Assembly: GCA_038252025.1 (NCBI GenBank)
Contig: JBBSAT010000021.1
Location: 6,716-46,715, forward strand
Direction of reading: 5' to 3'
DNA: 40,000 nt
Source: Polyangiales bacterium
GTDB taxonomy: Bacteria > Myxococcota_A > Polyangia > Polyangiales > Sandaracinaceae
In this document: positions 27,407-37,433 of the stretch, one piece after another
Numbering within the stretch: the stretch's first letter is position 1
Layout of the letters: each line of letters opens with the position of its first letter
The notes under the pieces: generated by a model
The model's database searches: none
What the model was told of the DNA's origin: nothing
What the model saw: the letters and a program-made list of their open reading frames with translations, nothing else
Made by a program: the position numbers and the translations under genes

Positions 27407-27975
27407 GCGAGCTGGGGCGGCGCTCCGCCGTAGATGCGGGCCGAGCGATCGCCGACGCGCTCCGATCGGCAGCTCAGCCGTACGCGCTGGGTGGCGCGCT
27501 CGCGCTGGGTGTGGCCGGCGTACCCCGCGGTACCAAGGACGTCGACGTCAACGTGTTCGTCGAGCCCGACGCCTTGATGCCCGTGATCGACGCGCTCACC
27601 GCGCTGGGCATCCGCGTCGATGCCCCTACCGCGCTCGCGCGTGCACGCCGCGACGGCATGTTCGTCGGTGACTGGGACGGGATGCGCATCGATGTCTTCG
27701 TTCCGAGCATCCCGTTCTCCCGTGAGGCCGAGCGCACCGCCATCGATGTGACAGTCGACGGATGGACCGGGCGATTCCTCTCGGCGGAGGGGATCGCGAT
27801 CTTCAAGCTCCTCTTTTTTCGCATCAAGGACCGCGGCGATCTCGAGCGGCTCGTCGCGGTGCGCGGGGCGTCGCTCGATCGCGCTTACATCCGCCGATGG
27901 ATCGTCGACATGATGGGGGAAGACGACGAGCGCGTCCGCGCATGGGACGACACCGTCGCGCGCTTCGGCGACTGA
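27403..27975 (+). CDS. small nucleotidyltransferase-fold protein (AbiEii/MNT-like)
   Basis: It has the motif YALGGALALGVAGVPRGTKDVDVNVF, followed by a helical C-terminal part. It is of the same type as 22067-22651. Confidence 0.6.
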   Translation: MSELGRRSAVDAGRAIADALRSAAQPYALGGALALGVAGVPRGTKDVDVNVFVEPDALMPVIDALTALGIRVDAPTALARARRDGMFVGDWDGMRIDVFVPSIPFSREAERTAIDVTVDGWTGRFLSAEGIAIFKLLFFRIKDRGDLERLVAVRGASLDRAYIRRWIVDMMGEDDERVRAWDDTVARFGD

Positions 27976-28160
27976 TCCCGTGGCCCAGATAGGCATGACG
28001 ACATCGGGCGCTTCAGCGCGAGCCGGGCTCGTCGAGTCGTCGTCGTTCCGCGTCGTTTCGGGCGGGTGTAGTCCGCATCGTCGGCTCAGGAGACTCTCGA
28101 GGATCCTCATCACTTCGCGCGACACGGACTTCGAGGTGCTCGAGCACCGACGGCCTTCGA

Positions 28161-28550
28161 TCAGTCGCGCCAGCAGAGCGAAGGGTTCACGCAGAAATGA
28201 TGGACCTGTCCCGCCGGCAGCGCGCCCGGGCGATCGGCCCCGAAGTACTCGTCTGCGGTGCGGGGATCGCAGACATAGGAGAGCAATCCGGCGGAAATGC
28301 AGTCCGCATCGGACGAGCAGGCCACCTCGCAGGTGTGGTCGAACGCGTCGCACGTCAGGGCCGCGACTTCGGCGGAGGCTCCAGGCGTCGCGACACCGTC
28401 CGCGCAGCGTGCGCCGGTCGCGGGGCTGGTGAAGACGACATCGGTCACCGGGTCGCAGAACGCCCCGAGCTGCGCCGGTGGGTCCGCAGGAAGGGTGGCA
28501 TGGCACTCGAAACGAAGCTGCGCGCCCGCGGCGGGCTGGATCATGCGCAT
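28161..28550 (-). CDS. small Cys-rich protein
   Basis: This 129-aa ORF has consistently GC-rich third positions and 10 Cys. It lies 21 nt downstream of the FN3 lipoprotein gene. Confidence 0.5.
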   Translation of the reverse strand: MRMIQPAAGAQLRFECHATLPADPPAQLGAFCDPVTDVVFTSPATGARCADGVATPGASAEVAALTCDAFDHTCEVACSSDADCISAGLLSYVCDPRTADEYFGADRPGALPAGQVHHFCVNPSLCWRD

Positions 28551-28571
28551 CGAGGCCTCCGTTCGTCGCGA

Positions 28572-29993
28572 TCAGCAGGATGCGCCGCTGCGCATGCGGC
28601 AGCCGGTGCCGGTGCCCGACGCCGACGAGGACGCGTCTGGCCCCGTGCAGCGTGCTTGCGCCCAGAAGCGAACGCCGTATCCAGGATTCGGGCGGACCAT
28701 GAAGGCATCGGCTCCCATCCACCCAGTCCAGCCGTTGATGGTCGAGCCGGGGATGTACTCCGTTTGGTAGCGATAGCTGATGGCAGCGCCGCCCGTGCAG
28801 CTCGAGGCCGCGTGGCCCTGCGCGTAGTACCAAGTGCCCGCGCTCGGAGGGGCCAGCACCCAGCCGCCCGACGTGGAGCTGCGCACGCTTCCCGGGATCG
28901 TGACGGTGACGCTCGGCGTCCCGGGGGCGGCGATCGACGTGATCGCGTTCGCGACATCCGACCAGGCGCTGATGCGCCCGTCCGCCGCGACGGCGCGAAC
29001 GCGCACGTAGTAGCGACGCCCGGCCCTCGTCGCGGCGAGGATCGCGCTCGTGTCCGTGATCGCCGCGGTGGCGACGGGCGTGGTGAACGCGGCGTCGGTG
29101 GAGATCTCGACCGTGTAGTCCGAGGCTCCGACGGAGGCCGTCCACATGGCCGAGATCCCGCCGGGATCTGCGCTCGCCGTCAGGTCTGTCGGCGCCGCGA
29201 GCGGGCCCGCGTCCGTCGGCGCGGCGTCAGGAGGCCCGGCGTCGGGAGGCCCGGTGTCGGGCGGCCCGGTGTCGGGCGGCCCAGTGTCGGGCGGCCCGCT
29301 GTCTGGCATCCCCGCGTCACGCGGCCCCGAGCACGTCAGGGCGACCGCGCCGCAGCGCTCCCCCGACGCACAGAGCGTGGAGTCCGCGGAGACGAGGCAG
29401 ACGCCGTCGGTGCACTCGACGCTCCCGCACTCGGATAGAGCCCTCGGATCGCTCTCGCACTCCGCGCGCGATGCGCAGCGCGTCTCGGCGCATGCGTCCG
29501 GCGTCTCGGGGGAGCACGTCGGATCGACGCAGAAGCCGTTGTTGCACTCGGTGAGGAGCGGCGCGCCGCTGCGCGGGCAGACGACCCCTTCGCACGATCG
29601 AGAGACGATCGTCGTCATCGAGTAGCGCGTCGTGAGCCTCAGCTCGGTGACGCGCGACGCGAGCACGGAGTCCTCCGAGGTGAGGAGCGAGACTCTCACG
29701 AAGTAGGTTCCTGGACCGATGTCCGGGAGCTCGGCGACGCGGACGCCCGCGAGGTATCCGTCACGCGCTCGGACGGTCGTGACCGTGCCCGCTACGAGGG
29801 CGTCGGTGAACGCAGCACCCGAGACCTCGGTGCGCACGTACGCGAACTGGTCGCTCGCGACGTAGTCCGTCTTCAGGTCGACCGTCAGCCCGCTCGGCGG
29901 CGCGCACGCGAGCGCGAGGCAGGAGGCAAGTGCGAGGAACGAGATCCGGCTGAGCTTCACGTGGACCTCCGCGCACGCATTCTCGTGCGCCAT
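28572..29993 (-). CDS. secreted Cys-rich / fibronectin-III-like lipoprotein
   Basis: The signal/lipobox is SRISFLALASCLALAC; the start is ATG 29993 or GTG 29960. A Cys-rich block (CNNGFCVDPTCSPETPDAC) and a GPPDT repeat linker follow. The FN3-like segment reads APTDLTASADPGGISAMWTASVGASDYTVEIS...YYVRVRAV. Confidence 0.75.
   Translation of the reverse strand: MAHENACAEVHVKLSRISFLALASCLALACAPPSGLTVDLKTDYVASDQFAYVRTEVSGAAFTDALVAGTVTTVRARDGYLAGVRVAELPDIGPGTYFVRVSLLTSEDSVLASRVTELRLTTRYSMTTIVSRSCEGVVCPRSGAPLLTECNNGFCVDPTCSPETPDACAETRCASRAECESDPRALSECGSVECTDGVCLVSADSTLCASGERCGAVALTCSGPRDAGMPDSGPPDTGPPDTGPPDTGPPDAGPPDAAPTDAGPLAAPTDLTASADPGGISAMWTASVGASDYTVEISTDAAFTTPVATAAITDTSAILAATRAGRRYYVRVRAVAADGRISAWSDVANAITSIAAPGTPSVTVTIPGSVRSSTSGGWVLAPPSAGTWYYAQGHAASSCTGGAAISYRYQTEYIPGSTINGWTGWMGADAFMVRPNPGYGVRFWAQARCTGPDASSSASGTGTGCRMRSGASC
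29233..29307 (-). repeat. 15-bp in-frame tandem repeat, 5 copies
   Basis: The plus-strand unit ggcccggtgtcgggc and variants encode (GPPDT)n on the minus strand. Confidence 0.9.
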
Positions 29994-30697
29994 CAGTATC
30001 ACCGCACGGAGCGGTCAATGCTTCTCAAAACCTGACGCCTCCGTTCCGCGGGGAGACAGCGCCGTAGTCCAATGGGGCACATGTGGGTGGACGGGGCTCG
30101 GCACCCTTTCCACGGCTCCATGAAGGTCCAGCGTGAATCGGGGCGAGCCAAGCGCGTCGCCGGCCCGGCCACGATCCCCTCGGGATATCCGCGAACCCAG
30201 GTCGACCTGCGGCAGAACGTCAGCGCCCCCGCGAACGAACACTGGCTGGGCGCGCGCGCTGCTGACGAGCGGCGAGCAGGCGACGATCTCGGTGCGGCGG
30301 AGGGCGGACGATGCGCGCTTCGACTTCACCGTCGTTCCCACGGACGGTAGCTTCCAGCTCGTCACCTACTGAAAGCCGCCCGATCTGGCGAGACGCGGCG
30401 TCGGAGGTCGCCCGAGAGCTCGGCGCCGCGCGCGAAGGCAGCGAGTCGAGCCGCAGCCACGTCGGCAGGCTCGCGTGCCCGAGCGCCGAAGCCGCACGTG
30501 CGCTCGAAGCGCGCCCGAGGGCGACGCGATGCGCCGCCTGGCTTCCGAAGGCCGCCTCGACGCCGCGCTTGACGCTCGCGACGGGCTCCGTGATCCTCGA
30601 TCTTCGTGCTCGATGACCGGCTCACCGACCAGCGACCCCAGGCAACATTGCCTTCATGCGGACAAGGGTCCGAGCACGTGAAGCCGTGTGCTGGGGG

Positions 30698-31033
30698 ATG
30701 GTGACTCGACGCGAGCTTCCGGCGGGCCTCTATGACGCGGCGATCACGGCCGAGCTCGACGGTGCGCTCTCGTCTCTCGCGGAGGAGCTGCGCGAGATCG
30801 AGGCGCTCGATCCCACCGACAGCCCGCGCGCGCTCGCGCGTCTGGTGCACACGCGTCTGTTGCATGCGCTCTCGTCGTTCCCGACGTCGCCTCGCGGCGG
30901 GCAGCCGAGCGATGCGCTCGCGCGTCAGGTGTCGTTGACGAACGAGGTGCTGACGTTGCTCGAGGGCGTGGCGGGCTCGGGCGCATCGCCACACCGCGGC
31001 GGGCTAGCTAGGCATCTCGTGAATCCATCGTGA
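30698..31033 (+). pseudogene. orphan N-terminal fragment resembling the leader region of PLD-nuclease/DEAD-box helicase fusion proteins
   Basis: GGGGGA precedes the ATG at 30698. MVTRRELPAGLYDAAITAELDGAL...DALARQVSLTNEVLTLLEG matches my recollection of that family's N-terminus. The ORF stops after 111 aa, where base composition changes, and overlaps the 3' end of the HNH gene. Confidence 0.35.
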
Positions 31034-31864
31034 CGCTTGGTCTGCGTGCGTCGAGCACTCAGTCACCAAGTTCCATACCACCCACGGCGCCGACGGCCGG
31101 GCCCGCCGGACCCAAAGAACGGAATCGCTAGCCCCGACGCCGCAGCCGACCATGCCGCAGCCACGAGCCTCCTCAAGAGCCCAGAGCGCAGCGCGGCGCT
31201 CAATCGAACTCCGCTTCTTCGGACGAAGATGATTTCCGACCATTACCAGAGCGTCCTCCTGCATGCCCATGCGGTCGCTCTTCAAGATGTTGCATGGCTT
31301 GCACAGGACACGCACGTTCCCAAGATTGCCTCCGATGTAGTAGGGAAGTGTGTGATCCAGATCCGCCTCAAGAACGGGCTCGACGCCCTCCGCAAATCGC
31401 TGCGAGGCCTTGGCGACGCTTGACCGAACGGGCACCCCGCAGGTCGCGCAGCGGAATCCCTGACGGGATAGAATCGCGCTCAGGACTGGTTCCGGGATCG
31501 AGGCGATTCCTTCCTTCCGGGAGAGCGTGTTTGCGACGATCGCAGCGTGAGACTCTACGAGCTTATCCACAAGCAAGCTGACTTCTCGCTCTCCTCCGTT
31601 CTCCAGGTCCAGCGAACCGACACGCGCGAGGCGGGCGCGCACTAGTTCTGCACGCTCCAGGAAGTTGAGTGTCGTGGGCACATCACCGAGAAGCCACATC
31701 ATCAACCGCTCGGCGACCACGGCGGAAAGCGCGTCTCTTAGCGCGTTCGGATTCATTCCGAATGCCGCACATGTCTCAACCATCTCGTCCAACTGCACGG
31801 GACCCGTACGACCGGGTGACCTGCATTGAGCCGCGAGCTCGAGGAGACGGTTTACCAAGCTCAC
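31004..31864 (-). CDS. HNH endonuclease
   Basis: The motif is CATCG...DLDHTLPYYIGGNLGNVRVLCKPCNILKSD (CxxC...DH...N...CxxC). GTG 31864 lies 1 nt after the upstream TGA; the alternative ATG 31906 would overlap it by 41 nt. GC is lower than the surroundings. Confidence 0.8.
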   Translation of the reverse strand: MSLVNRLLELAAQCRSPGRTGPVQLDEMVETCAAFGMNPNALRDALSAVVAERLMMWLLGDVPTTLNFLERAELVRARLARVGSLDLENGGEREVSLLVDKLVESHAAIVANTLSRKEGIASIPEPVLSAILSRQGFRCATCGVPVRSSVAKASQRFAEGVEPVLEADLDHTLPYYIGGNLGNVRVLCKPCNILKSDRMGMQEDALVMVGNHLRPKKRSSIERRAALWALEEARGCGMVGCGVGASDSVLWVRRARPSAPWVVWNLVTECSTHADQASRWIHEMPS

Positions 31865-31865
31865 G

Positions 31866-33623
<1,758 letters not shown>

Positions 33624-33849
33624 TGTTTTCTTCCTGTTTCCTTTGAGTTCAACTTCATGCCGCGGGCTACGGGCTCAAGCCCGTCTGTTCGTATCCACCG
33701 CTGACGGCTGTGCTCCTGGGAACTGACGCGGTTCCGCAAGAGATCTACGAGAAGCACGGTGGCGTGGGCAAGATCGGTGTGAATGGATTAGCTCGGGATG
33801 CCGCGAGAGCATCGCGGACGGGCCGGAACGCTGTCAAGAGGCCCGAGAG

Positions 33850-33896
33850 CCGCTGCGCGGTGTAGTGGCCGGCCGGTTCGGCCGGAAGCGCAGCGG
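33850..33896 (-). terminator. candidate intrinsic terminator / operon-boundary hairpin
   Basis: The outer stem ccgctgcgc (33850-33858) pairs with gcgcagcgg (33888-33896). The inner stem ccggccg (33869-33875) pairs with cggccgg (33879-33885) around a gtt loop. The structure begins 3 nt after the stop at 33899. No U-tract follows. Confidence 0.35.
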
Positions 33897-33898
33897 AA

Positions 33899-35008
33899 CT
33901 AGCTCACTCGCGCAACCCGGCGCTTGAAACGGGCTGCGAGGTACTGCACCACCGCCTCGATGTCCTTCGGCGTGTTCTGCAATTCGTCCCAGCGCGGCTT
34001 GCGACTGCCGAAGTCCCAGTAGCCCTCGGTCCAATGGCAGTCCGGCTTCATCGCCGCCAGGTCGGCAGCGAACTGCCCCTTGCTGGGGATCTTCCTCAGG
34101 CCGTGGCGGTGCGCGATCGAGTCCATCAGGAACCCAAGCCCGGCGATCCCCGCGCCGTGCGTGAGCCGGCTCTTCTTTGGCGGCAGTTTCCACGCCTCAG
34201 GCCACGTGTGGATGACCGCGCGGAAGAAGTCCGACAGTACCCGGTACATCGCCTCCACGTCCGGTAGCCCGCCGTCTCGCACGCGGAACACGTAGAGCAC
34301 CCCATCGCTCAGGCTGTGCTCGATGAGCCGTAGCAGCGAGTTGTCCTTCACGTGCCCGTCAGGATTCGTCGCCGTCTTGATCGACCTGTACAACGGCGAA
34401 CCGTCCCGGTTGTTCAGCATCGTGACGAGCGTCGACGGCAGCTTCCGCCGCTCGAGCTGAAGCGGCAGCAGGGCATCCGTGCTCGGCAACAGCTCGTAGA
34501 TGAGCCCCTTCGGCAACGGTTTCGTCGAGTTTACCAGGATGAACTGCTCCGTCTGCTCCCGGACGCTCCCCGCGATGAACGAGCTCACGCAGATCGGGAA
34601 GGACTTCACGCTAGCCTCCCGAATCGCCGCCACGCGCTGCTGGCCATCCACGATAAAGCCGGGCCGCTCGTGGTCCGCCCGGCTCGGGTCGAGCGGCACG
34701 ACGATCTCGCCTGTCCGCGCGTAGGCGTTCTTCGGACCCGCGCTGTCAGCCTCGAACCGCACCGACTTGTCGAACGCGATGACGACCGCGTTCGGGAGCA
34801 TCGGAGACTCGCTCTCGATGAACGTGCGGATCTCGTCGATGTGCGCGAGTTGCTCCGGGCGCTGATACCCCGTGAGGTCACCCTCTTCACGCTTCACGCG
34901 GGAGACCGTGGCGAACTGGCCGATCAGCTTCCCGTCGACGCTGAACGTGTAGAGGCGACGCTTGCCTTGCTTGATCTCGATCGCGGGCAGTCGGAGCTCA
35001 GTCGTCAT
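33899..35008 (-). CDS. DGQHR-domain protein, DpdB-like (paralog 2)
   Basis: Trimmed to ATG 35008; the alternative GTG 35020 would overlap the dpdA stop as GTGA. Blocks are GDLTGYQRPE, FIVDGQQR, FILVNSTKPLPKGLIYELLP and PEAWKLPPKKSRLTHGAGI. Confidence 0.85.
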   Translation of the reverse strand: MTTELRLPAIEIKQGKRRLYTFSVDGKLIGQFATVSRVKREEGDLTGYQRPEQLAHIDEIRTFIESESPMLPNAVVIAFDKSVRFEADSAGPKNAYARTGEIVVPLDPSRADHERPGFIVDGQQRVAAIREASVKSFPICVSSFIAGSVREQTEQFILVNSTKPLPKGLIYELLPSTDALLPLQLERRKLPSTLVTMLNNRDGSPLYRSIKTATNPDGHVKDNSLLRLIEHSLSDGVLYVFRVRDGGLPDVEAMYRVLSDFFRAVIHTWPEAWKLPPKKSRLTHGAGIAGLGFLMDSIAHRHGLRKIPSKGQFAADLAAMKPDCHWTEGYWDFGSRKPRWDELQNTPKDIEAVVQYLAARFKRRVARVS

Positions 35009-35016
35009 TTTCTTAC

Positions 35017-36297
35017 TCACGCGTGGAGCGCGGGCCTTACCCGCCGGGCCTTGGCGGACGTGGGGGCATCCCCGATCACGTCGCGCTTCAGGCGTCGGAA
35101 AAAGGTCCAGACGTTGTGAAAGCCGCGCCGACGGTTGCGCTCGGCACCGCGGAACAGGATCACGTGGTGCCCGAGCCGACCGCAGACCTCGCACTCGCAG
35201 GCCTTCCACGGGCGCGCTTCGAGCGTCTCGCGATACGCCTCGGCGTAATCTGCGCGGGGATCGTAGAGGTACTCGTACTCGCACACCGCAGCGACGGTGG
35301 CCTTCACGGACCGTCGGCCGAGGTCGAAGTCGCGCATCGCGGCAAGCGCCGTCGTCTCGAGCTTCCGGGCCTTGTCCTGAGGGATCACCCCCGACTGGAC
35401 GCCGCGCATCATCCGCGGGTTGCCCTCGACCTGCGGGATCCGGATCGCGACGTAGGTGCGGTCGAGCGTGTAGAAGTTGTCCTTGTCGTCCTTGAAGGCC
35501 TGGCGCAACGGCGACGTGCTGTCGAAGCTGGTCGCGCCCAGTGCCGCAAACTCCTTCATGCGCTCGATGCGGGTGACCCCGAGGAGATGCAGGCGGGTGT
35601 GTTCCTTTCGCACCGTGGAGATGCCCTCGAGAATCTCGACTATCTCCGGGGTCTTCAGGGGGACCATGCCACCGATGGCGATATACTCGTACCCCATCTT
35701 CTGGAGCTCTTTGACGGCGAGAGCGTACGAGTTGGGGCTCCAGCCTTGAGCAACGCCCATGGGAACGAAGCCCGGCTTCGACGCTCGCGTTCGCTTCATG
35801 AACTCGCCAGCCAGTGACAACGTCATCCCCTGCCGGGTCTTGTACGCCTCTGGGACGTTCCGGCTCGCATCGAGTTCGCGCTCATAGGCGAGGATCACGT
35901 GGTCGACCGAGATCCCGAAGTCGAACCCGCATTCCGCGTAGAACGAAACGACCTCATCGACGGTGTAGGGCGGCTTCTCCTCCTTGACGTAAGTGAAGGC
36001 CCCGCAGTCCCCCATGACCGGGATGTGGCGGCCGTTCGGTCGCTGCGTGCGGAGGAACGCCTGCGACCCTTCCCGGAGGAGCCGTTGCCGCTGTGCAAGC
36101 GTGTACCGACTCCCGGTCGAACCGAAGCCGTCGACAATGCCCTTCGAGACCAGGATACCGTCCGATGCCGGCTCCTTGAAGATCTCGTGGAGGTACAGAT
36201 CGTCGCGCTGCCGTAGTCGCGTGCGCGAGCGCCGCTCGGTGGTGAAGTCGAAGCTCGGATCGACGAGATCCTGCGCGTCGGGGAGGTAGTACTTCAT
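35017..36297 (-). CDS. dpdA: TGT-like 7-deazaguanine DNA transglycosylase (DpdA/TgtA5 type)
   Basis: Trimmed to ATG 36297, which overlaps the upstream stop (ATGA). The N-terminus is MKYYLPDAQDLVDPSFDF. It also has GDCGAF, a TIM-barrel block YIAIGGMVPL and a C-terminal zinc motif CECEVCGRLGHHV. Confidence 0.8.
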   Translation of the reverse strand: MKYYLPDAQDLVDPSFDFTTERRSRTRLRQRDDLYLHEIFKEPASDGILVSKGIVDGFGSTGSRYTLAQRQRLLREGSQAFLRTQRPNGRHIPVMGDCGAFTYVKEEKPPYTVDEVVSFYAECGFDFGISVDHVILAYERELDASRNVPEAYKTRQGMTLSLAGEFMKRTRASKPGFVPMGVAQGWSPNSYALAVKELQKMGYEYIAIGGMVPLKTPEIVEILEGISTVRKEHTRLHLLGVTRIERMKEFAALGATSFDSTSPLRQAFKDDKDNFYTLDRTYVAIRIPQVEGNPRMMRGVQSGVIPQDKARKLETTALAAMRDFDLGRRSVKATVAAVCEYEYLYDPRADYAEAYRETLEARPWKACECEVCGRLGHHVILFRGAERNRRRGFHNVWTFFRRLKRDVIGDAPTSAKARRVRPALHA

Positions 36298-37433
36298 CGC
36301 TCTTCGCGGCGTGCGCCGAGGTAGGCGCGGACGAGATAGTTCGAGAGCAGGTTGATGTGGCTGCCCGTGTTCTCGAGCTCGTTCCACTTCCGTCCGAGCC
36401 CGGACCACTCGCCGCTCGTCCATGCGCACACGGGCTTGATGAGCATCAACTCCGCGCACACCTCGTCGATCGCCTTGGGCGCGTCGGTGTCGATGCTGCC
36501 CATCATGCGGTCCATGAGCTTCCCCATCGCGCGGATGCCGACGCCGTGCATGAGGCGGCTCTGAGTTGGAGGCTTGCCCCACGCCTCGGGGAACACGCGC
36601 TTCACGGCCGTCCAGAATACCAACAGGACACGCTGGACCGTCACGTAGTCCGTCTCACCCGTCGCGACGTCGCGATGAACGAAGAGCGAACCGTTCGAGC
36701 TCAGGTTCTCGGTCAGCGCGTTGATGAGAGACGTGTCCGTCACGACCTGGGTCTTGCGAGTCTCCTTAGACTCCGAGGAGCGCCGAACGATCCCGAAGAA
36801 CGGCGAGTCCGGCAGCGTCGCGAGGACCTCGCAGAGCGCGGCTGGGGCGCGCTTCGCTGCGAGGCTCGCAGGAAGATGAGCGCTCACCTTGGGCAGGAGT
36901 TCCGAGATGAGGCCCTTCGGTAGGGGCTTCGAGGTGTTCACGAGCACGAACTGATCGCGCTGCGTGTTCACGTCATCGGCCACGAACGCCGCGATCGGGA
37001 TCGAGAGGTCCTTCCGCCGGCTACGCGACAGCGCGAGCGCTCGCTGCTGTCCATCGACGATCCAGGCAGGCTTCTGGCCCCCGTTCTTCGGGATCCGGAA
37101 GGTCAGCGTGCCAGCTTCGGCGACCTCGTCGTCGATGCGCGGTCCGCGCGAGCCCTGGAAGATCGTCGACGAATCAATCGAGAGGATGAGCGCGTGGGGA
37201 AACAGCGGCTCGCTCGCAGCGTCGAGGTAGTCGACGATGTTCTTCACATGCCTCCCGACCTCGCCGCGCTGGTAGCCAATGAGGTCACCTTCGATATCGC
37301 GTGAGACACGCGAGATGTCCGCAACCTCGAGGAGCTCCGATGCGCGGAGAGCGAACAGATAGAGAGGATGTTTTGGATCCTGGACGAGCCGGAGAGCTCG
37401 TCGTCGGATGACTCCGCCGCCCCCGACGATCAT
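36294..37433 (-). CDS. DGQHR-domain protein, DpdB-like (paralog 1)
   Basis: Trimmed to ATG 37433, which overlaps the upstream stop (ATGA). Blocks are GDLIGYQRGE, WIVDGQQR, FVLVNTSKPLPKGLISELLP and PEAWGKPPTQSRLMHGVGI. Confidence 0.85.
   Translation of the reverse strand: MIVGGGGVIRRRALRLVQDPKHPLYLFALRASELLEVADISRVSRDIEGDLIGYQRGEVGRHVKNIVDYLDAASEPLFPHALILSIDSSTIFQGSRGPRIDDEVAEAGTLTFRIPKNGGQKPAWIVDGQQRALALSRSRRKDLSIPIAAFVADDVNTQRDQFVLVNTSKPLPKGLISELLPKVSAHLPASLAAKRAPAALCEVLATLPDSPFFGIVRRSSESKETRKTQVVTDTSLINALTENLSSNGSLFVHRDVATGETDYVTVQRVLLVFWTAVKRVFPEAWGKPPTQSRLMHGVGIRAMGKLMDRMMGSIDTDAPKAIDEVCAELMLIKPVCAWTSGEWSGLGRKWNELENTGSHINLLSNYLVRAYLGARREER

Noticed and set aside
30362-30994. 210-aa minus-strand ORF spanning the region upstream of and across the orphan fragment.
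   Set aside because: It is Arg-rich and low-complexity with no motifs. It is antisense to the better-supported plus-strand fragment at 30698-31033.
31010-31028. Possible imperfect inverted repeats flanking the low-GC module. The reverse complement of 31010-31028 (ATGGATT-CACGA-GATGCC) was compared with 33783-33802 (ATGGATT-AGCTCGG-GATGCC).
   Set aside because: Only 7+6 matching bases are shared, with unequal spacers, and there is no transposase or integrase. This is too weak to call terminal repeats.
33686-33697. TGTTCGTATCCA, resembling a tRNA T-loop (GGTTCGAATCC), and GCCGTAGTCCAATGGGG at about 30062-30078, resembling a D-arm. Both were considered as tRNA or att-site remnants flanking the island.
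   Set aside because: Flanking bases cannot form T-stem, D-stem or acceptor-stem pairings, so no cloverleaf can be drawn. At most these are degenerate fragments, and that is unprovable here.
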